Source of the DNA: Limisphaerales bacterium
Lineage (GTDB): Bacteria > Verrucomicrobiota > Verrucomicrobiia > Limisphaerales > JAJOIW01
DNA: 12,355 bases
Assembly (NCBI GenBank): GCA_965657355.1
Contig: CBFHOE010000001.1
Location: 357,675 to 370,029 of the forward strand
Direction of reading: 5' to 3'
A model generated the notes under the pieces. The model saw only the letters and a list, made by a program, of their open reading frames with translations. It did not search any database and was not told the DNA's origin. Shown here piece after piece: positions 1-6,770 of this stretch. Numbering within the stretch: position 1 is the first letter of the stretch; every line of letters begins with the position of its first letter. The position numbers and the translations under genes are program-made.

Positions 1-1
1 A

Positions 2-262
2 TTAGAGGAATTGTGTATTGCAATCAACGACAGCATTTCCTGGTTTGAAGTTCATGCGGAAAGGTCCTTTTTGAGGGAGCTTGGCGGGGGGTGCCAAAGC
101 CCAATAGCCGCTTTGGCTCGATATGAAGAGGGCGAATTGGAACTCTCAGTCATGGCTGACATTAATTCTTTCGTTTTTAGATCAGTTCGTAAGGTTTCAT
201 TATGCGAGGCTGAAGCTGTAGGAACTCGCTTAGCCAATGAAGCTAAAAGCCAAACCAACTGA
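2..262 (+). CDS. hemC: Hydroxymethylbilane synthase (porphobilinogen deaminase), C-terminal part; 5' end lies outside the window
   Basis: The frame is open from position 2 (LEELCIAIND...). It contains AERSFLRELGGGCQSPIA, the HemC motif carrying the dipyrromethane-binding Cys, and lies directly upstream of cobA/hemD. The TTG at 11 is not the real start. Confidence 0.93.
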   Translation, partial: LEELCIAINDSISWFEVHAERSFLRELGGGCQSPIAALARYEEGELELSVMADINSFVFRSVRKVSLCEAEAVGTRLANEAKSQTN

Positions 263-292
263 TGAATTAACATTCATAAAAATTTCTATTCT

Positions 293-1837
293 ATGACCAA
301 TAACAAGAGCACAGGCATGGTTTATCTCGTAGGGGCAGGGCCAGGAGATCCGGGCCTGCTAACAATTAAGGCTAGGGACCTTATTAGAGAGGCGGACGTT
401 TTAGTTTATGATGCCCTTGCTAATGTAGGTTTTACAAAACTAGCACCTGCTGATTGTGAGTTGATATACGCAGGGAAGAGATCAAAAAATCATGCCATTC
501 CACAAGGTGACGTCAATCAGCTGCTAGCCGATAAAGCCAAGCAAGGTAAAATGGTCGTCAGGCTCAAAGGTGGTGACCCCTACTTGTTTGGTCGCGGGGG
601 TGAGGAGGCTGAAAAACTGAAATTAGAATGTGTTCCATTTGAAGTTGTTCCTGGCATCTCTTCCATTTACTCAGCTCCCAATTATGCAGGTATTCCTGTG
701 ACGCATCGGGACCATTGTTCCGGATTCACGGTTATTACAGGGCACGAAGATCCGACCAAGAGTGAATCCTCGCTGGATTACCAAAGGTTGGCACAAGCCA
801 AGGAAACTTTGGTCATTCTTATGGGCGTGGAAAGGATCGGCATAATTGCTGACCAATTAATAGCTCACGGCATGGATCCTATGACTCCGGTGGCGATGAC
901 TCGTTGGGGGACAACTGGGAGGCAGTCCACAATTACCGGTAGACTAAAATCTATTGCTGCTGTTGTAGCTGAAACCAATTTTAAAGCTCCAGCAGTGACT
1001 GTCATCGGTTCAGTTGTCAATTTGAGAGATCAGCTAAATTGGTTTGAGACAAAACCCCTTTTTGGAAAACGTATTGTTGTGACACGCACGCGTCAACAAG
1101 CCAGTAAGCTATCAAGTAAATTCATCGGGCATGGAGCTGAAATCCTTGAAATCCCGACGATTAAAACTGCCGAACCCAAAAAAAAGAGCTTGCTGAAAGA
1201 TGCTTTTAGTCAATTGGGATCCTATGAGTGGATCATCTTTACGAGCCCAAATGGTGTGGATTGGTTTTTCCATTGGTTCTTTCAAATCTTCAAAGATATT
1301 CGAGCAATTGGAGGAGCTAAAATTGCCGCAGTAGGTCCAGCAACTGCCAAGAAACTCACTGATATGCACCTTAATGTTGATCTTACTCCTGATAAGTATG
1401 TGACCGGTGAAATAGTTGGTGCCTTAAAAGAAACTCAAAATATTGAAAATGTGATGCTTCTTTTGATGAGGGCAGAGGTTGCCAATCCGGACTTACCGGA
1501 GCAGCTGGCTAAAGAAGGTGCTATTGTCGATGATATTCCATGCTACAGGACAGTCATAGAGACTGAAGATATTTCCGGTGCTGCCGCTGATTTTACTGAA
1601 AGTGGTGCTGATTGGATCACCTTTACTTCCAGTTCAACTGTAGAACATTTTCACAGTAGATTTGATTTACCAAAAATAATGGAAAAGTTTCCTGGCTTGA
1701 AGACGGCATCAATTGGTCCAGAGACTTCCAAAGCATTGCATGCTCTCGATATTGAACCAACGATCGAGGCTCAATCCCACACCATTCCGGGTTTAGTTGA
1801 GGCTGTTCTTGGTTATTCGGCTGATAGTAAAGACTGA
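293..1837 (+). CDS. cobA/hemD: Fused uroporphyrinogen-III C-methyltransferase / uroporphyrinogen-III synthase (CobA-HemD)
   Basis: N-half has SUMT motifs VYLVGAGPGDPGLLT, VVRLKGGDPYLFGRGGEE, VVPGISS, AGIPVTHR and LVILMG. C-half has HemD motifs PLFGKRIVVTRTRQQAS, WIIFTSPNGV, AAVGPATA, FTSSSTV and SIGPETS. Confidence 0.96.
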   Translation: MTNNKSTGMVYLVGAGPGDPGLLTIKARDLIREADVLVYDALANVGFTKLAPADCELIYAGKRSKNHAIPQGDVNQLLADKAKQGKMVVRLKGGDPYLFGRGGEEAEKLKLECVPFEVVPGISSIYSAPNYAGIPVTHRDHCSGFTVITGHEDPTKSESSLDYQRLAQAKETLVILMGVERIGIIADQLIAHGMDPMTPVAMTRWGTTGRQSTITGRLKSIAAVVAETNFKAPAVTVIGSVVNLRDQLNWFETKPLFGKRIVVTRTRQQASKLSSKFIGHGAEILEIPTIKTAEPKKKSLLKDAFSQLGSYEWIIFTSPNGVDWFFHWFFQIFKDIRAIGGAKIAAVGPATAKKLTDMHLNVDLTPDKYVTGEIVGALKETQNIENVMLLLMRAEVANPDLPEQLAKEGAIVDDIPCYRTVIETEDISGAAADFTESGADWITFTSSSTVEHFHSRFDLPKIMEKFPGLKTASIGPETSKALHALDIEPTIEAQSHTIPGLVEAVLGYSADSKD

Positions 1838-1839
1838 GT

Positions 1840-3864
1840 TCAATGGCCCGCAAAAGGTGGTACGGGACAACCAAGCGAATAACAAACGGCACGAATTAAT
1901 TCAGCTTCAACTATTGTTATTTGTCCATCGGCGGCAATTGTCCTTCCGGCTGCCTGAATGATCTTCTTCCTCACGGGAAGAGAGCATGCTTTTATCTTCT
2001 TTAGGGCTTTGTCGACCTCGGAGAAGGAGGACTGGCTTTGTTCTAAAATTTCCAATTGATCAAAGCCTTTGATTTCCGAAAAAGACGATATACCTTTGGC
2101 AAAGGCTCGTTCCGCTTCTTTAAAATCTTCATGCCCTTCATAAGCGAGGCAGCTTATAAGTTTCTTTATTTCCTCAGTAACCCCGATTGGATTGTAATAT
2201 TGGATGACTTGTTTCCTGTTCGGCTCAAAATGAATGTCCAATGATGCCTCAAGCATTTTATCAATCGAGTATTCTAAAAGATCTATAGCTCTGTCTTCTT
2301 CAATTAATAATTTTGTTATTTTTTTGAAATCTGAATACTGATTTGGGGATAGTTCGCGCAAAGCTGGTGCGGCTAATTCTGCTAGGGGAAGGAAAAACTT
2401 AGGATCAAGGTCCAAAATGAAAGCTGACACTTTTTTTACTTCTGAGACCCAGCCTTTTGGACCATGATTTTCAATCAGATTAATTTGAGATTCGAAAATA
2501 TCTGGTTTTTTCCGGTCGAGGAGCAACGCAAATATAGTCACCGTGGCTCCCATAGGATTATGTATTGCTTCCAAAAGATAATCTGGCAATTCTTTCATCA
2601 ATTCTTGGGCATAGTTCAGCTGTAGATTTGATGGGTTACCAATATGGTTTTCAACATCCTCAAGAGCTGATGCCATATTCTTTTTGGCTGCTTCGTCTAA
2701 AATAGCTGTTTGTGCAATAATTCCTCCAGGAATAGGAGAGTTTTCGTTGCCAGGCAAACCTGGTATATTAAGAACTTGAGCTTTTGGCTTCTCTTTTCTT
2801 TGTTGCGTTTCCGACTCACCCTGTATTGAAATCTCACTGGGTGTTAAGTATTGCCCATCCCAACTTGGATCAATCCGAGCAATCCGAGTCTCCAAAGGTG
2901 GATGTGTTGAAAAAATAAAATTAACTTTCATTGCATTGCCAAAAAACATGTGGCTGGCTTCTTCTGCTGCTGCTGCCTTTATGCGGGACCTTTCTGGTGC
3001 TCCACCAATTTTTTTAAGTGCGCCCGCTATACCTTGCGGGTTTCTCGTGAATTGAACGGCTGATGCATCTGCAAGATACTCCCTCTCCCTAGATATAGAA
3101 CCCTTTATCCATCGAGAAAAAAACAAACCGACTGAACCCAATGTGAATACTGCAAGACCGACAACCACAAGGCCGTTGCCCTTGTCCTTGTTTGAGCGAT
3201 ACGCCGCGTTTCTCGCGCCAAATTCAAGCATATATCTTCCGATAACCGCTATAACCATTATTCCAAAGACAATCCCCATGAGCTTTATGTTTAATCTCAT
3301 GTCATTATTCAAGATGTGGCTGAATTCGTGAGCAATCACCCCTTGTAATTCATCGCGAGTAAGCTTGTTTAGGCAGCCTTGAGTCACTCCGATAACGGCA
3401 TCTTCTATTTGACTTCCGGCTGCAAAAGCATTAATCGACTCTTCTGCCATGATGTAGACATCTGGGGTTGGGACTCCCGACGCGATAGCCATTTCTTCTA
3501 CAATATTAAGAAGTTGAATTTTTTGTGGATCGGTAGTTCCTGGGTAAACCTTGGTGCCGCCTAACATCGAGGCGACTTTTTCGCCCCCTCCACTAAGGGA
3601 TGCAACCTTGAATGCCATTGCTATTGAGATGAGAGCCATTGTGCCAATGACTGAATAAAGCAATATATCCAAATTTAAAAAGTCCTGGAAATTTACTCCC
3701 AATTCCTCAGTGTCTTTTGTGGAATAGACGTATACCACATCAACTATTACAAAAATACCAAAACAAAGAAAAATGACTGCGAGTATAAATAATACAACTA
3801 ACTTAAATGTATTGGCTTTCGCTCTGTCTTGAGCTCCAAAGAAATCTATCGTGTGATCACTCAT
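1840..3864 (-). CDS. M48-family (HtpX-like) membrane zinc metalloprotease with long C-terminal extension
   Basis: N-terminal TM helices, NIVEEMAIASGVP, INAFAAG, zinc motif ELQGVIAHEFSH (HExxH at 3316-3330), SREREYLADA (third-ligand Glu) and STHPPLETRI. At 674 aa it is about twice the length of a standard HtpX. Confidence 0.92.
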   Translation of the reverse strand: MSDHTIDFFGAQDRAKANTFKLVVLFILAVIFLCFGIFVIVDVVYVYSTKDTEELGVNFQDFLNLDILLYSVIGTMALISIAMAFKVASLSGGGEKVASMLGGTKVYPGTTDPQKIQLLNIVEEMAIASGVPTPDVYIMAEESINAFAAGSQIEDAVIGVTQGCLNKLTRDELQGVIAHEFSHILNNDMRLNIKLMGIVFGIMVIAVIGRYMLEFGARNAAYRSNKDKGNGLVVVGLAVFTLGSVGLFFSRWIKGSISREREYLADASAVQFTRNPQGIAGALKKIGGAPERSRIKAAAAEEASHMFFGNAMKVNFIFSTHPPLETRIARIDPSWDGQYLTPSEISIQGESETQQRKEKPKAQVLNIPGLPGNENSPIPGGIIAQTAILDEAAKKNMASALEDVENHIGNPSNLQLNYAQELMKELPDYLLEAIHNPMGATVTIFALLLDRKKPDIFESQINLIENHGPKGWVSEVKKVSAFILDLDPKFFLPLAELAAPALRELSPNQYSDFKKITKLLIEEDRAIDLLEYSIDKMLEASLDIHFEPNRKQVIQYYNPIGVTEEIKKLISCLAYEGHEDFKEAERAFAKGISSFSEIKGFDQLEILEQSQSSFSEVDKALKKIKACSLPVRKKIIQAAGRTIAADGQITIVEAELIRAVCYSLGCPVPPFAGH

Positions 3865-3913
3865 GGTATAGAAGAGAATTAGAGGAAAAATGGCAGCTAA
3901 TTATCATGATAGC

Positions 3914-3949
3914 AAAAGGAAAGCCTCACCAAACTGTGTGGTGAAGCCT
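3914..3949 (-). terminator. Intrinsic terminator-like hairpin between lemA and the M48 protease gene
   Basis: The minus-strand RNA reads AGGCUUCACCA-CACAGUU-UGGUGAGGCUU: an 11-bp stem with 2 G-U pairs that form only on this strand, followed by UCCUUUU. It begins 21 nt after the lemA stop. Confidence 0.6.
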
Positions 3950-3970
3950 CTATAAAGGTTCCTTGGTTTC

Positions 3971-4585
3971 TCAGTCGAATGAAACTTTAGGGGCTTCTTT
4001 AATCGCCTCATTTTCGACTTCGAATAGTTCCGCTTCTTTGAAACTTCTAAAGTTAGCTATAAGCGAGTCAGGAAAGACCTCACGGGCAGTGTTATACCTG
4101 GTCACTGAATCGTTATAAGCTTGTCTGGCAAAAGAGACTTTATTTTCAGTCGAAGTCAGCTCTTCCATTAGATTTGACATTTGGGTATCTGCCTTTAAAT
4201 CCGGGTAGGATTCAGAGATGGCCATTAATCTGCCTAAAGATCCAGTCAATTGTGACTCGGCTGATAGGAGCTTTTTCATTGAATCTGGATCTGTCGGGTC
4301 ACCCGCTACAGACTTGGAAGCCGTGTAAGCAGCATTACGAGCTTGAACAACAGCTTCGAGTGTTTCGGCCTCGTGTTTCATGTAGCCCTTAGCTACCTCA
4401 ACTAAATTCGGTATCAAGTCGTATCTTCTTTGCAACGAGACGTCTATTTGCGCATAAGCGTTTTTAAATCGATTCCTCAGGGTGACTAATTTGTTGTTGA
4501 TGCCGATTCCCCAAAGAACAGCAACTATGAGACCGAGAAAGATTATGCCAATTATTACCAGTACAACTATTATTAATGTTTCCAT
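3971..4585 (-). CDS. lemA: LemA family protein
   Basis: Single N-terminal TM helix, NAYAQIDVSLQRRYDLIPNLVEVAKGYMKHE, ESYPDLKAD, ELTSTENKVSFARQAYNDSVTRYN and a C-terminal EAPKVSF. Confidence 0.96.
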   Translation of the reverse strand: METLIIVVLVIIGIIFLGLIVAVLWGIGINNKLVTLRNRFKNAYAQIDVSLQRRYDLIPNLVEVAKGYMKHEAETLEAVVQARNAAYTASKSVAGDPTDPDSMKKLLSAESQLTGSLGRLMAISESYPDLKADTQMSNLMEELTSTENKVSFARQAYNDSVTRYNTAREVFPDSLIANFRSFKEAELFEVENEAIKEAPKVSFD

Positions 4586-4591
4586 ATTTTT

Positions 4592-4596
4592 TCCTT
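4592..4596 (-). promoter_or_regulatory. Shine-Dalgarno-like site for lemA
   Basis: AAGGA on the minus strand, 6 nt upstream of the ATG at 4585. Confidence 0.55.
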
Positions 4597-4710
4597 AAAT
4601 AAAGTTTTTCGACACTCACAAAATCTACCTCAAGAATGGTTTGCTGACCGAGATAATCAAATACAATTATCAGCTTTTTTTGTAACGCTTAGGACTATAA
4701 TAACCATAGA

Positions 4711-5604
4711 TTAGCCCCAAGATGGGCGCGGCAATGCCAGGTTGAAATCGTCGGCGTGGTATGAACTTCGAACCATGGGACCACTGGCTACGTGAAGGAA
4801 TCCGAGACTTCTAGCCATTTCCCCATATTTTTTAAAGCTTTCTGGTGTGATAAATTCTTTGACTGGTAAATGGCTCGGAGATGGCTGCAAATATTGGCCC
4901 AGAGTGAGAATATCGCAGTCAGCTTGGCGCAAATCAGTCATTGCAGTTCTTAACTCATCATCTCTTTCACCCAAACCTAACATCAAACCGCTTTTTGTGT
5001 ATAAGGGAACTGGCGAGGTTGATTTGGCTTTGTGCAAGACCTCCAAAGATCTGTCATACATCGCTCTAGATCGCACGGAAGGCGTGAGTCTTCGAACTGT
5101 TTCAAGATTGTGATTAAAAATTTCAGGCTGGGCTGCAAGAACATGTGAAATAGCCTCGTCTTTGCTATTAAAATCAGGCACCAGTATTTCTATGACGATG
5201 CCAGGGCACATTTCACGAACTGCCAATATTGTTTTGTGAAAATGATCGGCACCCCCGTCATTGACATCATCTCGGGCCACAGCTGTGATCACAACATGCT
5301 TGAGCCCTAGCCTCTTGGTGGCTTCAGCGACCCTAGCGGGTTCGTCCTTTTCAAGCGGAAGAGGTTTAGCGGTGTCAACGGCACAAAATTTGCATGCCCT
5401 AGTGCAGCGATCTCCTGCGATCATAAAGGTCGCTGTACCTCTTCCCCAACATTCCCAATGGTTGGGGCATTTGGCACTCTCGCAGACTGTGTGAAGTTTG
5501 AGACCGTCTAGGAGATTTTTAGTTTTTCCAAAAACTGGAGACCTCGGAAGGTCGAGCCGGAGCCATTCCGGCTTTCTTTGATATTCTTTTGTGGCTTCAG
5601 ACAA
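4711..5604 (-). CDS. lipA: Lipoyl synthase (radical SAM)
   Basis: KPEWLR, auxiliary-cluster motif CESAKCPNHWEC (CX4CX5C), radical SAM motif CTRACKFC, FNHNLETV, TKSGLMLGLGE, GQYLQP and VRSSYHA. TTG start; an in-frame TAA at 5611-5613 prevents upstream extension. Confidence 0.97.
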   Translation of the reverse strand: MSEATKEYQRKPEWLRLDLPRSPVFGKTKNLLDGLKLHTVCESAKCPNHWECWGRGTATFMIAGDRCTRACKFCAVDTAKPLPLEKDEPARVAEATKRLGLKHVVITAVARDDVNDGGADHFHKTILAVREMCPGIVIEILVPDFNSKDEAISHVLAAQPEIFNHNLETVRRLTPSVRSRAMYDRSLEVLHKAKSTSPVPLYTKSGLMLGLGERDDELRTAMTDLRQADCDILTLGQYLQPSPSHLPVKEFITPESFKKYGEMARSLGFLHVASGPMVRSSYHADDFNLALPRPSWG

Positions 5605-5645
5605 ACTGGTTTAGATTTTATTGAAGTTTTCTTGTGTTAACCATA

Positions 5646-5891
5646 TCAGAAATTTTTCTGTTTCCACCAGACTTCGAGCTCATCTGCACCGAAATCGGCA
5701 AGAATATCGCCATCTACATCTATTGATGGCGCTTTTGTCTGCCCTGTTAGGTCTAGCATTTCTTTCCGTGCATCGGGATCTGAAGTAACATTTAATGTTT
5801 CATAATTGACTTCACGGGCGTCTAACCATTCTTTTGCCTCGATGCACCATGGGCAAGCGGGTTTTATAAATAATCTAACGGATTTGGGCAT
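5646..5891 (-). CDS. Glutaredoxin / NrdH-like small dithiol redoxin
   Basis: 81 aa with active site CPWC (KPACPWCIEAKEWL) and cis-Pro loop TGQTKAPSIDVDG. Starts 1 nt after the cupin stop. Confidence 0.88.
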   Translation of the reverse strand: MPKSVRLFIKPACPWCIEAKEWLDAREVNYETLNVTSDPDARKEMLDLTGQTKAPSIDVDGDILADFGADELEVWWKQKNF

Positions 5892-5892
5892 T

Positions 5893-6273
5893 TTAAACTG
5901 TCTCTTTCTCTTCTAGGATTATGGTGTCTTCGTGCTCATAGCAAGGAGCGCAACAACAGAGAAACCTTAATACATCTTTCCCGGTATTCCAAATTTTGTG
6001 TGCCTTTCCTGGTGGAATAGCTATGGAGTCTCCAATTTTAACCTCTTGGACTTCTCCTTCTATTTCCATTCGTCCATTCCCATGGGTAATGAAATAAATC
6101 TCCTCGGATTTAGGATGGTAATGCCTGTCGGTAGCACTTCCAACAGGAAGACGGGCTTCGGCTAAACTTTGGTTTTTGATACATGAATTCCTATAAGCGA
6201 GAAGTTCCCGGATTTCAGAGCCATCTTTGGTTATAAATGGTTCGACTCCATTAATGTTTATTAAATCCATCAT
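5893..6273 (-). CDS. Cupin-domain metalloprotein with Cys-rich C-terminus
   Basis: Cupin motif 1 HYHPKSEEIYFITHGNG, motif 2 GDSIAIPPGKAHKIWNTG, and tail LCCCAPCYEHED. The start is more likely the ATG at 6273 or 6270 than the GTG at 6339. Confidence 0.88.
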   Translation of the reverse strand: MMDLININGVEPFITKDGSEIRELLAYRNSCIKNQSLAEARLPVGSATDRHYHPKSEEIYFITHGNGRMEIEGEVQEVKIGDSIAIPPGKAHKIWNTGKDVLRFLCCCAPCYEHEDTIILEEKETV

Positions 6274-6391
6274 CTGAAGAATGCGAATGATAGGCCGCTG
6301 AATCAAACATTTTTGAATCCTCTTTTTGCCTCTGCCCACAGAAAATTATTGAATCACAAAATGATTTCATCAAATAATTCCGCTTAAAATT

Positions 6392-6757
6392 ATGGAACAT
6401 TCCCCTGGATTTCTAGATCTTGTCAATGAAGCTCGCTCTCGTGTAAGGGAAATTGATATAGACGAAGCCCTTGAACGCATGTCTTCTCACCCCCAAACAA
6501 TTCTTCTGGATGTCAGAGAAGACTATGAGTGGAATGCTGGGCACGTTCAAAACTCAGTCCATTTAGGAAAAGGCATTCTCGAGCGAGATATTGAAAAGAG
6601 ATTTCCTGATTTAGAGACACCCATTTTAATGTATTGCGGCGGTGGTTTTCGCTCCATTCTAACAGCGGACGTCGCACAAAAAATGGGTTACAACCAAGTC
6701 GCTTCAATCGTGGGAGGGTATAAGGCCATGCAAAACGCAGGTTGGCCAATTGTCTAG
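6392..6757 (+). CDS. Single-domain rhodanese-like sulfurtransferase
   Basis: LLDVREDYEWNAGHV, active-site loop YCGGGFRS (Cys codon at 6635-6637), MGYNQVASIVGGYKAM and AGWP. Confidence 0.92.
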   Translation: MEHSPGFLDLVNEARSRVREIDIDEALERMSSHPQTILLDVREDYEWNAGHVQNSVHLGKGILERDIEKRFPDLETPILMYCGGGFRSILTADVAQKMGYNQVASIVGGYKAMQNAGWPIV

Positions 6758-6770
6758 TGAAACTGGAGCC

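Noticed and set aside
1178..1185. A8 homopolymer in cobA/hemD as a phase-variation or slippage site
   Set aside because: The reading frame is intact, the run encodes a Lys stretch, and such runs are common at this AT content.
3902..3911. TATCATGATA 10-bp palindrome before the M48 gene
   Set aside because: Short, AT-rich and does not extend cleanly; compatible with chance.
6274..6339. 22-aa N-terminal extension of the cupin from GTG 6339
   Set aside because: It does not resemble a cupin sequence and would occupy the divergent promoter region; the tandem ATGs at 6273/6270 are better starts.
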